DNA of 64,000 nt from an uncultured Pelagibacteraceae bacterium (GCA_902559305.1 CACEHK010000001.1:163276-227275), one strand, 5' to 3'; positions 1-11,761 are shown, numbered from the stretch's first letter. Translations and numbers: made by a program. The notes: generated from the letters alone by a model not told the origin.

Positions 1-603
1 AAAGTATGAAAAATAAGAATTTATATTTTTAAATTTTTTTGTTTTTTCCTCAAAATCTTTGTCTAAATAAGTTGAATTTAAACTCGATAAATGGTGAAAC
101 TTAAATTTTAGAGGCCTACCATCAAATATTGCAAATATCGATTTTAAAGGTCTGCCCCAGTAGAGGTTATGCTCTCCCCACTTCATTGATTTTTTCCAGG
201 TTAAGCTATCTAATATGTTGGGAATGTTATTTTTTAAAACATCTTCAGATTTAATTTTTTTTGAAGTTTTTTTATAGAAGAAAAACTCACCTTTATCGGT
301 ATTTTTCTTATATATATCCTTTTTTTCAATTAAATTTGATTTTAAAAAACCATCTATTGCTTTGTCTGGGGCATTAATATTTGGCCCTCTTATTTCTTCA
401 GTTTTTTTATATATTTCTTTTTCAACTTTCTTAAAACACAAGACTAATCTGTTAGGCGTAGAGTAAACCTTAGCATCATTCTTATAATTTATATTTTCTT
501 TTTCAAAAAAATTTTTAAAGTTTGATATTAAATTTTGTCTTGCTGAAGATTGTAAACCAGCGGGTATTTCTTCACTAAATAGTTCTAATAAAAATTCTGC
601 CAT
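1..603 (-). CDS. glyS: Glycine--tRNA ligase beta subunit (N-terminal part; runs off window start)
   Basis: ATG at 603 reads MAEFLLELFSEEIPAGLQSSARQ..., later YSTPNRL and EIRGPN; lies 3 nt downstream of glyQ; not in the ORF track. Confidence 0.93.
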   Translation of the reverse strand, partial: MAEFLLELFSEEIPAGLQSSARQNLISNFKNFFEKENINYKNDAKVYSTPNRLVLCFKKVEKEIYKKTEEIRGPNINAPDKAIDGFLKSNLIEKKDIYKKNTDKGEFFFYKKTSKKIKSEDVLKNNIPNILDSLTWKKSMKWGEHNLYWGRPLKSIFAIFDGRPLKFKFHHLSSLNSTYLDKDFEEKTKKFKNINSYFSYF

Positions 604-606
604 TTT

Positions 607-1488
607 TTATTTTTGACTCTCAAGCCATATCTGACCAACACCTTTTGTGAGATCTCTAATTCTTGAAATATATTCTGCTCTTTGTGCAACACTAATAACG
701 CCTCTGGCATCTAATATATTGAAAATATGACTCGCTTTTAAACATTGATCGTATGCAGGTAAAGATAAATTATTATCAATTAAAGATTTAGCTTCTTTCT
801 CAATCATATCAAAAATTTTGAATAAATTTTCTGTATTTGCTAGTTCAAAATTATATTTAGAAAATTCTTTTTCTGATTGATGAAATACATCTCTGTACAA
901 AACTCCTTCATTATTCCATTCTAGATCAAAAACATTTTTTTTTTCTTGTATAAACATACAAAGTCTTTCTAAACCATAGGTAAGTTCAACTGAGATAGGT
1001 TTACATTCTATTCCAGCCATTTGTTGAAAATATGTAAATTGAGTCACTTCCATTCCATCACACCAAACTTCCCATCCAAGTCCAGCTGCTCCTAGTGTTG
1101 GACTTTCCCAATCATCTTCAACAAATCTAATGTCATGTTCTTGATGTTTTATTCCAATAGTTGAAAGGCTATTTAAATAAAGTTTTTTAATATTTTTTGG
1201 TGACGGTTTAATTAGAACTTGAAACTGATAATAGTGTTGAAGTCTATTCGGATTTTCTCCATATCTTCCATCTGTTGGTCTCCTTGAAGGTTGAACATAA
1301 GCAGTTTTCCATGGTTTATCTCCTAGGGATCTAAGTGTTGTAGCAGGGTGAAATGTTCCTGCACCAACCTCTAAATCGTATGGCTGCAAAATTATACAAC
1401 CATGTTTGCTCCAATATTTTTGTAAATTCAAGATTGTATCTTGAAATGATTGAAATTTAAGTTTTTTATTTTTTTTTTTAGAAACCAT
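607..1488 (-). CDS. glyQ: Glycine--tRNA ligase alpha subunit
   Basis: [39 protein letters not shown] and ELTYGLERL motifs. Confidence 0.98.
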   Translation of the reverse strand: MVSKKKNKKLKFQSFQDTILNLQKYWSKHGCIILQPYDLEVGAGTFHPATTLRSLGDKPWKTAYVQPSRRPTDGRYGENPNRLQHYYQFQVLIKPSPKNIKKLYLNSLSTIGIKHQEHDIRFVEDDWESPTLGAAGLGWEVWCDGMEVTQFTYFQQMAGIECKPISVELTYGLERLCMFIQEKKNVFDLEWNNEGVLYRDVFHQSEKEFSKYNFELANTENLFKIFDMIEKEAKSLIDNNLSLPAYDQCLKASHIFNILDARGVISVAQRAEYISRIRDLTKGVGQIWLESQK

Positions 1489-2284
1489 ACTTTTGCCAGA
1501 TAGATCTTTCTTCTAAAATACTAATTGCTCGTTCTGTATGATTTTCTGAAGATAATTTTCTAGCAAGCCAGCCTTTTGCCTTCTCAAATTTTTTAATAAT
1601 TATTTTTTCACCAAACTTTTCTCTTAAAATTTGATCTGCATTTCCTATTCCATCTATTAAGCCTAATTCTTTTGCTTTTCTTCCTGACCAAAATTCACCT
1701 GAGAATAATTCTATTCCACTATCTTTTTTTAATTTTGTTGATCTACTATTTTCCACAACTTCAATAAAATCTTGATGAAGATCTAACTGAATAGTTTTTA
1801 ATCTTTCAATATCCTCTTTTTTTTCATCCATGAAAGGATCAAGTGTACTTTTGTTTTTACCTGCGGTATAAACTCTTCTTTGAACTCCTATTTTGTTTAT
1901 AAGATCTTTAAATCCAAAAGATGAATAGATTACACCTATTGATCCCACTATAGAGCTTTTATTTGCATAAATTTCATCCCCTGCACACGCAATTAAATAT
2001 CCTCCGGATGCAGCTACATCTTCAGCAAAAATAATAACTTTTTTCTTATTTTTTTTTGCCTGCGATCTAATAAAATCATGAATGAGATGTGATTGAACAG
2101 GAGATCCTCCTGGCGAATTAATGGAAATAGCTACTGCAGGAGATTTTTTAATAGAAAAAGCTTTTTTAATTATTTCTTCTTGTCCAGCAAAATCAATGCC
2201 TTGTTTAAATTTTCCAACATTACCTATCACGCCACTAAGTTTGATGTGAGGTATAATTTTTTTTTTTTTAAAAATAGAGAACAT
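1478..2284 (-). CDS. S49 family peptidase (SppA/SohB-like)
   Basis: [21 protein letters not shown] and FSGEFWSG motifs; usual neighbour of glyQ in Alphaproteobacteria. Confidence 0.92.
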   Translation of the reverse strand: MFSIFKKKKIIPHIKLSGVIGNVGKFKQGIDFAGQEEIIKKAFSIKKSPAVAISINSPGGSPVQSHLIHDFIRSQAKKNKKKVIIFAEDVAASGGYLIACAGDEIYANKSSIVGSIGVIYSSFGFKDLINKIGVQRRVYTAGKNKSTLDPFMDEKKEDIERLKTIQLDLHQDFIEVVENSRSTKLKKDSGIELFSGEFWSGRKAKELGLIDGIGNADQILREKFGEKIIIKKFEKAKGWLARKLSSENHTERAISILEERSIWQKYGF

Positions 2285-2393
2285 ATCTATGCTTATAAAA
2301 TTTTTGATTTAATATAAAGTCTACTTATAGTTGAAGTTTAAGGTGCGTCAATTGATAAGTATAATATTACATTAATTATACTACTTTAACTAG

Positions 2394-3407
2394 ATGGGAA
2401 CAGTTGTTCAATTAAAAAATCGTATAAATAATTCATATTCAGAACTTAAAAATTCAGTTGAAGAAAAATTAGTATTAGTTGAAGAGAAAATTAAATTAAA
2501 ATTATATAGTAAAGTAAGTCTTGTTGATGAAATGACAAGCTACCATTTAAGAACAGGTGGAAAAAGACTTAGGGCGCTTCTGACTTTAGGAACGTCTAAA
2601 ATTTGTGGATACTCTAAAGGTGGTAGAGATATAAATTTAGCAGCATGTGTCGAATTAATTCATGCTGCAACACTTATGCATGACGACGTAATTGACAATA
2701 GTAAAATTAGAAGAAGAAAAAAAACCTTAAATAGCATTTGGGGAAATCAATCTTCAATTTTAGTTGGTGACTACTTATTAAGTAGATGTTTTGAAATGAT
2801 GGTTGAGGATGGAAACTTAGAAATATTAAAACTTCTATCTTCTACTTCTGCAGAAATTTCGCAAGGTGAAGTATTGCAACTACAGCATAAAGGTGAAATA
2901 GATATGCTTGAGGAAACTTACCTAAAAATAATTTCAGCAAAAACAGCTTCGCTTTTTGCAGCAGCCACAAAAGTTGGTCCTATTTTAGCAAATAAAGAAA
3001 GTAAAATTAAAGAAGCTTTAGAGTTTTATGGAAAGAACCTCGGACTTACTTTTCAGATAGCTGATGATACTTTAGATTATAATTCTGAGCTTAAATTCTT
3101 TGGAAAAAAAATAGGCACTGATTTTTACGAAGGAAAAGTTACTTTACCAATAATTCTTCTATATCAAAAGGCTAACAAAGATGAAAAAGTTGAATTGAAG
3201 AAATTATTTGAGAAAGAGGAGAGAAACGAAGAAGAGTTTAAAAGAGTTTTATTAATGATAAAAAATTATAATATAATTTCTAGCTGTTATTCAAAAGCAG
3301 AATATTTTATCAATCTTGCCTCTAATTCTTTGAGTATTTTTGATGAAAGTAAAGAAAAAGAAATTCTTAAAAATCTAACTTCATTTAGTTTAGAAAGATC
3401 TTATTAA
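2394..3407 (+). CDS. ispB: Long-chain (octa/decaprenyl) diphosphate synthase
   Basis: GGKRLR, HDDVID (FARM), KTA, FQIADDTLD (SARM), GKVTLP. Confidence 0.93.
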   Translation: MGTVVQLKNRINNSYSELKNSVEEKLVLVEEKIKLKLYSKVSLVDEMTSYHLRTGGKRLRALLTLGTSKICGYSKGGRDINLAACVELIHAATLMHDDVIDNSKIRRRKKTLNSIWGNQSSILVGDYLLSRCFEMMVEDGNLEILKLLSSTSAEISQGEVLQLQHKGEIDMLEETYLKIISAKTASLFAAATKVGPILANKESKIKEALEFYGKNLGLTFQIADDTLDYNSELKFFGKKIGTDFYEGKVTLPIILLYQKANKDEKVELKKLFEKEERNEEEFKRVLLMIKNYNIISSCYSKAEYFINLASNSLSIFDESKEKEILKNLTSFSLERSY

Positions 3408-4030
3408 GGACTTAAAAGATCTTTTTTCCATTTATCATTATCTTTTTTTGTATAACGTAGTCTTTCGTGTATTCTATCTTTGCCATCAAGCCAAAATTCA
3501 ATCTCAATAGGATTTAAATTCCAACCTGACCAGTATTTAGGTCTTGGTATTTTTTTTACATTTGAATATTTTTTCTTGAATTCTTCAATAGAATTTAATA
3601 GCTCTTCTCTAGATTTTAAAACACTACTTTGATTTGAAGCCCACGCTCCTATTCTACTTCCATATGATCTGCTATTGTAATAATTGTCAGCATCTGCATC
3701 AGAAACACTTGACAATTTTCCTATAATTCTAACCTGCCTTAATAAAGATTTCCAATGAAAACACATTGATGCATTTGGGTTTGATTTTATTTCAATACTT
3801 TTTCGACTATTTAAATTTGTGTAAAAAATAAATCCTTTTTTGTTAAAGTCTTTAAGTAAGACCACTCTAACAGAAGGTGTCCCATTTTTTCCCACAGTTG
3901 CTAAAGATAAAGCATTCGGATCATTAATTTCAGTTTTTTTAGCTTCGTTGAACCAATCTATAAACAAATCTATTGGATTATCTAAATCCTTGAAGCATAA
4001 ATCTATTCCTAACGAGTTTTTTTGATTCAT
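3404..4030 (-). CDS. pdxH: Pyridoxamine 5'-phosphate oxidase
   Basis: [26 protein letters not shown]...RIHER motifs. Confidence 0.96.
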   Translation of the reverse strand: MNQKNSLGIDLCFKDLDNPIDLFIDWFNEAKKTEINDPNALSLATVGKNGTPSVRVVLLKDFNKKGFIFYTNLNSRKSIEIKSNPNASMCFHWKSLLRQVRIIGKLSSVSDADADNYYNSRSYGSRIGAWASNQSSVLKSREELLNSIEEFKKKYSNVKKIPRPKYWSGWNLNPIEIEFWLDGKDRIHERLRYTKKDNDKWKKDLLSP

Positions 4031-4063
4031 AATTTCAACAAAATAATTTATATAATATATTTA

Positions 4064-5149
4064 ATGTCATTTAATACTTTTGGAAAGATATTTCGTTTTA
4101 CTACTTGGGGTGAATCTCACGGACCAGCTATAGGATGTGTGGTAGATGGCTGCCCTCCAAATATAAAAATATATGAAAAAGACATACAAATTGAACTGAA
4201 TAAGAGAAAACCAGGTCAATCAAAATTTACAACTCAAAGAAAAGAAGATGACAAAGTAAATATTCTATCAGGTGTATTTGAAGGAAAAACAACTGGCACT
4301 CCAATCTCAATGATAATTTATAATAAAGATATGAGATCAAGAGACTATGAAACAATAAAAAATAAATTTAGACCAGGACATGCTGATTTTACATATTTTA
4401 AAAAATATGGAATAAGAGATTACCGTGGAGGAGGAAGACAGTCAGCTCGAGAAACTGCTAGTAGAGTTGCTGCTGGAGCAATTGCAAAAAAAGTTTTGGA
4501 AAATAAATTAGGAAAAAGATACAACGTAATTGGAGCAGTTACTCAACTCGGTATTCTTGGGTGTGATACAAAAAATTGGAATGACAAAATAATAAATAAA
4601 AATCCATTCTTTTGTCCTGATAAATCAATATTAAAATTATGGGAAAAATATTTACTTGGTATAAGAAAATCTGGATCTTCTTGTGGTGCGATTATTGAAA
4701 TTAGAGCTAGGGGTATACCAGTAGGTTTGGGTTCACCAATATATTCTAAGCTAGATATGGATTTAGCCTCAGCAATGATGAGTATAAATGCTGTAAAAGG
4801 AGTTAACATTGGATCGGGTATGAATTCTGCACTTTTAACTGGAGAAGAAAATTCTGATGAAATAGTTCAAAAAGGTAAGTCTCCAAAATTTAAATCTAAT
4901 AATGTAGGAGGAATACTTGGAGGTATTTCAAGTGGACAAGAAATTATTTTGTCATTTGCTGTAAAACCAACTTCGTCAATATTAAGTTCAAGAAAAACTA
5001 TAGATAAATTTGGAAAAAATACTTCAATATCTGTTAGGGGAAGACATGATCCTTGTGTAGGAATAAGGGCTGTACCAATTGGCGAAGCCATGACCCATTG
5101 TGTTATACTAGATCACTATTTAATGAACAAAGCACAGTGTGGAAAATAA
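4064..5149 (+). CDS. aroC: Chorismate synthase
   Basis: MSFNTFG (ATG at 4064, not 4022), GESHG, RPGHAD, SARETA, GRHDPC. Confidence 0.97.
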   Translation: MSFNTFGKIFRFTTWGESHGPAIGCVVDGCPPNIKIYEKDIQIELNKRKPGQSKFTTQRKEDDKVNILSGVFEGKTTGTPISMIIYNKDMRSRDYETIKNKFRPGHADFTYFKKYGIRDYRGGGRQSARETASRVAAGAIAKKVLENKLGKRYNVIGAVTQLGILGCDTKNWNDKIINKNPFFCPDKSILKLWEKYLLGIRKSGSSCGAIIEIRARGIPVGLGSPIYSKLDMDLASAMMSINAVKGVNIGSGMNSALLTGEENSDEIVQKGKSPKFKSNNVGGILGGISSGQEIILSFAVKPTSSILSSRKTIDKFGKNTSISVRGRHDPCVGIRAVPIGEAMTHCVILDHYLMNKAQCGK

Positions 5150-5152
5150 ATT

Positions 5153-7066
5153 TTAGTTTTGTTTTTGTAAAATTACTTTTGAATTTATAACATCAAAAAC
5201 CTTTGAAGCTATCGCATCAGCATCAAGGCCTGCTTCTTTATACATAATTTCTGGTTTATTATGATCTATAAACTTATCTGGTAAAATCATTGCCCTAAAC
5301 TTCAAATTATTATCTAATAAATTTTTTTCAGACAAAAATTGACTAACGTGTGAGCCAAATCCACCTAATGATCCCTCTTCAATTGTAATTAATGCTTCAT
5401 GGTTGGTTGCTAATTCCCAAATTAAATTTTCATCAAGTGGTTTTGCGAATCTTGCATCGGCTAATGTAATTCCAATACCTTTTTTTTTAAGTATTTCATT
5501 AGCTAATAAACATTCGTTCAATCTCGCTCCAAAATTAATTATTGCAACTTTTTTTCCTTCTAAGATTAGCCTTCCTTTTCCTATTTCAATTTTTTCATCA
5601 ATATCTGGTAGATCGGCTCCTACTCCATTTCCTCTAGGATACCTTAAAGCAGATGGGTTATTATTTATATCAACAGAGGTATTAATCATCCTAACAAGCT
5701 CAGCTTCATCACTTGCTGCCATAACAATAAAATTTGGAAGAGTAGATAAATAAGTAATATCAAAAGATCCAGCATGCGTTGGTCCATCTGCCCCCACAAG
5801 TCCAGCTCTATCAATTGCAAATCTAACAGGAAGATTTTGTATTGCCACATCATGAACAACTTGATCATAAGCTCTTTGTAAAAAAGTTGAATATATTGCT
5901 GCATAAGGCTTATAACCTTCTGTTGCCAGACCAGCAGCAAAAGTTACTGCATGCTGCTCTGCAATGCCTACATCAAACATTCTATTTGGAAACTTTTCAG
6001 AAAATAAATCCATCCCTGTTCCAGATGGCATTGCTGCTGTTATTCCAATAATTTTACTATCCTTTTCAGCATGTTTAATCAAAGTATTTGCAAAAACCTT
6101 CGTATAAGACGGGATATTGGATTTACTTTTTTCTTGAATTCCAGTTTTTACATTAAATTTTGTAACTCCATGATATTTATCATCAGATTTTTCAGCAAAT
6201 TCATATCCTTTACCTTTTTCAGTTTTTATATGAATCATTATAGGCCCTTCATGGTTTAATCTTTTTGCATTTTGCATAACTGAGATTAAATTGTCTAAAT
6301 CATAACCATCGATAGGACCAACATAATAAAAACCTAATGAATTAAATAAAGTGCCACCAGTAACTGCTGATCTTAATAAATCTTCTGCCCTTTTTGCTTT
6401 GGCGCTAAATCTCTTCGAAAAAGCTGATATTATTAATTTAATTGTTTCTCTTAAACTAAAATAAATTTTTCCAGATAGAATTTTTGCTAAGTATGTGCTC
6501 ATTGCACCAACAGGTTTTGCAATTGACATATCGTTATCATTTAATATTACAATCATTTTCGTTTTTGAAGACCCAGCATTATTCATTGCTTCATAAGCCA
6601 TTCCTGCACTTATTGCTCCATCTCCAATTACTGCAACAACTTGGTTAGATTTTTTTTCTAATTTGTTTGCTGTAGCAATACCAAGTGCAGCTGAGATTGA
6701 TGTTGAGCTATGGGCTGCACCAAAAGGATCATATTCGCTTTCCGCCCTTTTCGTAAAACCAGAAAGGCCACTGCCTTGTCTAAGAGTTTTTATTTTATCT
6801 TTTCTGCCAGTTAATATTTTATGAGGGTATGTTTGATGTCCAACATCCCAAATAATTTTATCTTTAGGAGCTTCAAAAACATAATGCAATGCTATTGTTA
6901 ATTCCACAACACCCAAACCAGCTCCAAGATGCCCTCCTGTAACTGAAACTGCATCAATCATTTCTTCTCTTACTTCCTTGGCTAAAATTTTAAGTTCCGA
7001 TGAATTTAAATTTTTTAAATCAGATGGAAAATTCACTTTATCTAAGTATTGATATTTTTTAATCAC
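5153..7066 (-). CDS. dxs: 1-deoxy-D-xylulose-5-phosphate synthase
   Basis: GGHLG, WDVGHQ, GDGA..N TPP motif, [22 protein letters not shown]. Confidence 0.98.
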   Translation of the reverse strand: MIKKYQYLDKVNFPSDLKNLNSSELKILAKEVREEMIDAVSVTGGHLGAGLGVVELTIALHYVFEAPKDKIIWDVGHQTYPHKILTGRKDKIKTLRQGSGLSGFTKRAESEYDPFGAAHSSTSISAALGIATANKLEKKSNQVVAVIGDGAISAGMAYEAMNNAGSSKTKMIVILNDNDMSIAKPVGAMSTYLAKILSGKIYFSLRETIKLIISAFSKRFSAKAKRAEDLLRSAVTGGTLFNSLGFYYVGPIDGYDLDNLISVMQNAKRLNHEGPIMIHIKTEKGKGYEFAEKSDDKYHGVTKFNVKTGIQEKSKSNIPSYTKVFANTLIKHAEKDSKIIGITAAMPSGTGMDLFSEKFPNRMFDVGIAEQHAVTFAAGLATEGYKPYAAIYSTFLQRAYDQVVHDVAIQNLPVRFAIDRAGLVGADGPTHAGSFDITYLSTLPNFIVMAASDEAELVRMINTSVDINNNPSALRYPRGNGVGADLPDIDEKIEIGKGRLILEGKKVAIINFGARLNECLLANEILKKKGIGITLADARFAKPLDENLIWELATNHEALITIEEGSLGGFGSHVSQFLSEKNLLDNNLKFRAMILPDKFIDHNKPEIMYKEAGLDADAIASKVFDVINSKVILQKQN

Positions 7067-7935
7067 TTTTCTCTTTCAAAAATAAATAAAATTGTTTTTT
7101 TTAAACTTTCACTTTTTTTTCCATAAAAAGCTAATTTATTTAAAATATTGTTTTTTATTTTGTTGGTGTATTTAATAGTATTTTTATAACCTAGTAAACT
7201 TATTAAAGTAGCTTTTCCCTTTTTTTGATCTTTTTTTGTTTTTTTTCCAGCTTTTTTGGCAATTCCCCTATAATCAATTAAATCATCAGTTATTTGAAAT
7301 AATAATCCAATTTCATAACCTATTTTTTCAAAGATTTTTAAAACTTTTTGATTTTTATTTGAAATCAATACTGGGGCAATACAACAAAAGGCAAATAATT
7401 TTCCAGTTTTTTTTATTTGCATATCAATTACTTTTTTTCTTTTTATTTTTTTTCTTTCATAATTTAAATCTAAATATTGACCTCCTGCAATTCCAGTATG
7501 GCCTGAACATTCAGATAATAGATTAACTAATTTTATTTTTATTGTTTCATTTAAAATTAAATTTTTGTCACTTAGTATTTCAAAAGCTAGTGTAAGCAAA
7601 GAATTTCCAGCAAGAACTGCTGTGGACTCTCCAAATTTTTTATGAGTGGAAAGTTTTCCTCTTCTGATTGCATCATTATCCATACAAGGTAAATCATCGT
7701 GAATTAAAGAGTAGGCATGTATGCATTCTACTGCTGCTCCAATAATAATTAATGATCTATAATCTAAATTAAAAATTCTCCCAACATCAACTAAAATTTT
7801 AGATCTTATTTTTTTTCCACCAGGTAATAACCCATATTTCATTGGCCTGATTAACTCAGTCTTTGGTTGTTGTTTAATAAAGTAATTTAAAAATTTATTT
7901 GTGTCTTTTGCAATACAATTTAAATCTTTTATCAT
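7063..7935 (-). CDS. ispA: Farnesyl diphosphate synthase
   Basis: [25 protein letters not shown]; xseB-ispA-dxs order. Confidence 0.94.
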   Translation of the reverse strand: MIKDLNCIAKDTNKFLNYFIKQQPKTELIRPMKYGLLPGGKKIRSKILVDVGRIFNLDYRSLIIIGAAVECIHAYSLIHDDLPCMDNDAIRRGKLSTHKKFGESTAVLAGNSLLTLAFEILSDKNLILNETIKIKLVNLLSECSGHTGIAGGQYLDLNYERKKIKRKKVIDMQIKKTGKLFAFCCIAPVLISNKNQKVLKIFEKIGYEIGLLFQITDDLIDYRGIAKKAGKKTKKDQKKGKATLISLLGYKNTIKYTNKIKNNILNKLAFYGKKSESLKKTILFIFEREK

Positions 7936-8168
7936 GGTTTTTTTATAATTTTATCTATTTTATCTTTTGTTACTGAAGAAATATTTTTTGAATTGATTTG
8001 GAATTTTTTTTCTATAATCTTGTTTAATTTTATGAGTTTTTGATAATCTTCAATTGAATTTTCTAAGTTTTTTTCTTTTTCTAAACTTTCTATGATTTGA
8101 TTGACCTCTTTAGTTAGATCATCTAATGATTCAGGATTAATATTATTTGGAAATTTTTTTTCTTTCAT
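7932..8168 (-). CDS. xseB: Exodeoxyribonuclease VII small subunit (divergent)
   Basis: 78-aa helical protein with IIESLE..NLENSIEDY; canonical position upstream of ispA-dxs. Confidence 0.75.
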   Translation of the reverse strand: MKEKKFPNNINPESLDDLTKEVNQIIESLEKEKNLENSIEDYQKLIKLNKIIEKKFQINSKNISSVTKDKIDKIIKKP

Positions 8169-8188
8169 ATATTAGTTGGTAATAATAC

Positions 8189-9121
8189 ATGAATAATAAT
8201 CTTGCAAATATTAAAAAAAGCATCTTTTTTCTAAATAAAAAGGAATGTGTAGCTATACCTACGGAAACGGTATATGGACTTGCTGCAAATGCATATTCGG
8301 GTAAGGCAGTGAGAAAAATTTATTCTTTAAAAAAAAGACCAAGAAACAATCCCTTAATTGTTCACTATTATGGTTTAAATCTGTTGAAAAATGATTGTGA
8401 ATTAAATAAAAATTTTTTTATTTTATACAAAAAATTTTGTCCTGGACCAATTACATTTGTTTTAAAACTTAAAAAAGAAAGTCTTATTTCAAGAATAGTA
8501 ACGAACAATAAAAAATCGTTAGCAGTAAGATTTCCAAAAAATAAGTTAAGTCGAAAGCTTCTTAAACTTTTAAAATATCCTCTTGCTGCTCCAAGTGCGA
8601 ATATCACAACAAAAATAAGTCCAGTTTCTAAAGAAGATGTAAAAGAGGAATTTGGAAATAAAATTAAATTTATTCTTAATGGTGGTAGATCTAAAATTGG
8701 ATTAGAATCAACAATAATAAGTTTGGTTGATAAACCTAAAATTTTAAGACTTGGTGGAATTGAAAGAGCAAGAATTAATAAAGCTTTAAATAAAAATATT
8801 AGATATGAAAAAGCAAAAAAAAAAATTACTGTTCCAGGTCAAACTAAATTACATTATTCTCCTGGAATTCCAATAAAATTGAATACTAAAAAATCAAAAT
8901 CTAATGAGGCATTTATTCTTATTAAAAAAAGAAAAAAATCTTGTAAGAATTATTTTTATTTAAGTAAAACTAAAAATCTTAGACAGGCTGCTAAAAATTT
9001 GTATAAAATATTAAGAGAAATTAAAAATAAAAATTATAAAAATATAGTTGTTGAAAAAATACCAAACATAGGTTTTGGTGAAACAATTAACGATAGATTA
9101 AAAAGGGCTTCAGGTAAATAG
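8189..9121 (+). CDS. sua5: L-threonylcarbamoyladenylate synthase (Sua5 type)
   Basis: PTETVYGL, KKRPRNNPLIVH, AAPSAN, GLEST, PGQ..LHY and NDRLKRAS (Sua5 domain). Confidence 0.94.
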   Translation: MNNNLANIKKSIFFLNKKECVAIPTETVYGLAANAYSGKAVRKIYSLKKRPRNNPLIVHYYGLNLLKNDCELNKNFFILYKKFCPGPITFVLKLKKESLISRIVTNNKKSLAVRFPKNKLSRKLLKLLKYPLAAPSANITTKISPVSKEDVKEEFGNKIKFILNGGRSKIGLESTIISLVDKPKILRLGGIERARINKALNKNIRYEKAKKKITVPGQTKLHYSPGIPIKLNTKKSKSNEAFILIKKRKKSCKNYFYLSKTKNLRQAAKNLYKILREIKNKNYKNIVVEKIPNIGFGETINDRLKRASGK

Positions 9122-9843
9122 TGCAAAATTCTATAAAAGTTATTAACTTAAAAAAATCTTACGGAACAAAAGAAGCTGTTAAAAATATAAGTTTTGAGAT
9201 CAAAGAAAATGAGATTATTGGTTTACTTGGTCCAAATGGATCTGGAAAAACAACAACAATAGGTATGATATTGGGTTTGTTAAAACCTACAAGTGGAGAG
9301 GTATTAATTAATGGATTAAAAATAGAAAAAAATCCAATTGAAATTTTAAAAAAAATAAATTTTATTTCTCCATATATAGAATTACCAAAAAAATTAACAG
9401 TAAAACAAAATTTAATTGTATATGGTAAACTTTATTCAGTTAAAAATTTAAATGAAAAGATAGATTATTTGGTTAACAAACTAAGACTAGAGAATTTGCT
9501 TAATAGAGTAACTGGAGAATTGTCGTCTGGACAAAAAAATAGAATAAGTTTAGCAAAAGCCATAATTAATGATCCAAGTGTATTGTTACTAGATGAGCCA
9601 ACCGCATCTTTAGATCCTGAGATAGGGGATTTTGTTAGAACATTTTTAGAAAATTATAAAAAAGAAAAAAAAGTGTCAATTTTATTGGCCTCTCATAATA
9701 TGGATGAAGTCACTAGACTGTGTTCCTCAATAATGATGATGAAAAATGGCCTAATAATAGATCAGGGTAAACCAAATGATTTAATCAAAAAACATGGAAG
9801 AAAAGATCTAGAGGAAGTTTTTTTAAAACTTGTGAGGAACTAA
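9121..9843 (+). CDS. ABC transporter ATP-binding protein (NodI/DrrA-like)
   Basis: Walker A GPNGSGKT, LSSGQ signature, LLLDEPT, SH switch. Confidence 0.93.
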   Translation: MQNSIKVINLKKSYGTKEAVKNISFEIKENEIIGLLGPNGSGKTTTIGMILGLLKPTSGEVLINGLKIEKNPIEILKKINFISPYIELPKKLTVKQNLIVYGKLYSVKNLNEKIDYLVNKLRLENLLNRVTGELSSGQKNRISLAKAIINDPSVLLLDEPTASLDPEIGDFVRTFLENYKKEKKVSILLASHNMDEVTRLCSSIMMMKNGLIIDQGKPNDLIKKHGRKDLEEVFLKLVRN

Positions 9844-9844
9844 A

Positions 9845-10636
9845 ATGAATTTAGGTAGAATGTATGGATTGTTTTTAAGACATTTCTTTTTAATAACAAG
9901 ATCATTTCCTAGAATCCTTGATCTGGTTTATTGGCCAACTATACAAATAACCTTATGGGGATTTATATCAAACTTCTTTTCTACTTATAGTTCTTACTAT
10001 AGTAACGCGGTTGGTGTCATACTAACTTGTGCAATACTTTACGATTTTTTATTTAGAACCAGTATTGGTTTTAATATGTTATTTTTGGAGGAAATATGGA
10101 GTAGAAATTTTACAAACTTATTTATTGCTCCAATTAAGAAGAGTGAAATTTTAATTTCATTAATTTTTACTGCTTTAATAAGGGCCCTAATTGGTTTAAT
10201 TCCAGCAATTTTACTAACCTCTCCTCTATTTGGAATTTCTGTATTAGATCTAGGTTTAAGTTTATTCTTATTATTTTTAAGTCTTTATATATTTGGAATA
10301 ACTTTAGGGATATTAGTATCGTCAGGATTACTAAGATTCGGACCATCATTTGAAAACATAGCTTGGTCAACAATGTTTTTGTTGGCTCCATTTGGTTGTA
10401 TTTATTATCCTGTAGAAATATTGCCTGAAATATTTCAAAAAATTGCATATATGCTCCCGCTTGTATACATATTCGAAGAGGCTAGAAGTATTTTAATTGA
10501 TGGAATAGTAAATGTAGATAGTATTTTTAAAGCCTTTTATTTAAATGGATTGTATTTGTTTATTTCAGTTTGTTTATTTTATTATTCTTTCAGCAAAGCT
10601 CGTAAAAAAGGTACATTAATTAATATTGGAGAATAA
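9845..10636 (+). CDS. ABC-2 type transporter permease
   Basis: About 6 hydrophobic segments; directly follows the ATPase gene. Confidence 0.88.
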   Translation: MNLGRMYGLFLRHFFLITRSFPRILDLVYWPTIQITLWGFISNFFSTYSSYYSNAVGVILTCAILYDFLFRTSIGFNMLFLEEIWSRNFTNLFIAPIKKSEILISLIFTALIRALIGLIPAILLTSPLFGISVLDLGLSLFLLFLSLYIFGITLGILVSSGLLRFGPSFENIAWSTMFLLAPFGCIYYPVEILPEIFQKIAYMLPLVYIFEEARSILIDGIVNVDSIFKAFYLNGLYLFISVCLFYYSFSKARKKGTLINIGE

Positions 10637-10637
10637 A

Positions 10638-10714
10638 TGGTGCGCCTGCTAGGAGTCGAACCCAGAACCTCCTGATCCGAAGTCAGGCGCTCTATCCAGT
10701 TGAGCTACAAGCGC
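10638..10714 (-). tRNA. tRNA-Arg, anticodon UCG
   Basis: Reverse complement GCGCTTGTAGCTCAACTGGATAGAGCGCCTGAC-T-TCG-GA-TCAGGAGGTTCTGGGTTCGACTCCTAGCAGGCGCACCA; full cloverleaf with encoded CCA. Confidence 0.96.
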
Positions 10715-10737
10715 ATATAGTATTAATATTATAATTT

Positions 10738-11718
10738 ATGAAAAATATCATTAATTTAATTGTTAAAGATGAAGAAAACGGTCTAAGAGTTGATCAATTT
10801 ATATCAAATAAAGAAAAAGATCTTAGTAGAACAAGAGTAAAAAATTTAATTTTAAATAAAAAATTAAGGATCAATAAAAAAACTATCTCCGATCCGTCTA
10901 AAAAAATTAATACTGATGACTATATTTATCTTGAAATTCCAGAGCCAAAAAAAGCCTCTTTAAAACCATTTAACTTTAAACTCGACATTGTATATGAAGA
11001 CAAAGATCTATTAGTTATAAATAAACCTGCGGGAATATCTATGCATCCTGGTGCAGGAGACTACGATAAAACTTTAGTTAATGCTCTTATTCATTATGAC
11101 GTTAAAAATTTATCTAACATTGGTGATGAATTAAGACCGGGAATTGTTCATAGAATTGATAAAGACACATCAGGTTTAGTTGTTATAGCAAAAAATAATG
11201 TTAGTCATGAAAAATTATCAAATCAATTTAGTAGTCATTCGATAAAAAGAGTCTATCAAACTCTTATCTGGGGTAAATTAAGACCTCAATTGGGTAAAAT
11301 TGAAACACTAATTACAAGAAGCTCAAAAAATAGACAACTTATGGAAGTTGGAATAAATAAAGGAAAAAAAGCAATTACAAATTATAAAACATTAGAAGTT
11401 TTTGAAAACGAGAAAATTCCAACTTTTAGTTTTATAGAATGTAAGCTTCAAACTGGAAGAACACATCAAATAAGGGTCCACATGAGTTATAAAGGCAATA
11501 ATATTTTGGGAGATAAAAAATATAAAAAAAAATTCAAAAAAATAAAAAATATTAATTTAGACTTAGAAAAAATGATTTTAAATTTAGATAGACAATTTTT
11601 ACATGCTGGAGTTTTAGGTTTTATACATCCTAAATCTGAAAAGGAAATGGAATTTAGTTCAATTTTGCCAAATGAGCTTGAAAAAATTTTAAAAATATTA
11701 AGAAAATTAAGCAAATAA
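10738..11718 (+). CDS. rluD: 23S rRNA pseudouridine synthase RluD
   Basis: N-terminal S4 domain, INKPAG, GIVHRIDKDTSG, TGRTHQIRVH; upstream of rpoH. Confidence 0.92.
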   Translation: MKNIINLIVKDEENGLRVDQFISNKEKDLSRTRVKNLILNKKLRINKKTISDPSKKINTDDYIYLEIPEPKKASLKPFNFKLDIVYEDKDLLVINKPAGISMHPGAGDYDKTLVNALIHYDVKNLSNIGDELRPGIVHRIDKDTSGLVVIAKNNVSHEKLSNQFSSHSIKRVYQTLIWGKLRPQLGKIETLITRSSKNRQLMEVGINKGKKAITNYKTLEVFENEKIPTFSFIECKLQTGRTHQIRVHMSYKGNNILGDKKYKKKFKKIKNINLDLEKMILNLDRQFLHAGVLGFIHPKSEKEMEFSSILPNELEKILKILRKLSK

Positions 11719-11761
11719 AATCATTGTAATATGTAATTTCTTAACTAAATAAATAATCAAA

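Noticed and set aside
2285-2393. 109-nt divergent intergenic region as a possible ncRNA or riboswitch
   Set aside because: AT-rich with no convincing stems; adequately explained by two promoters
4022-4063. Upstream extension of aroC in the ORF track
   Set aside because: It overlaps the pdxH start; the conserved N-terminus MSFNTFG begins at 4064
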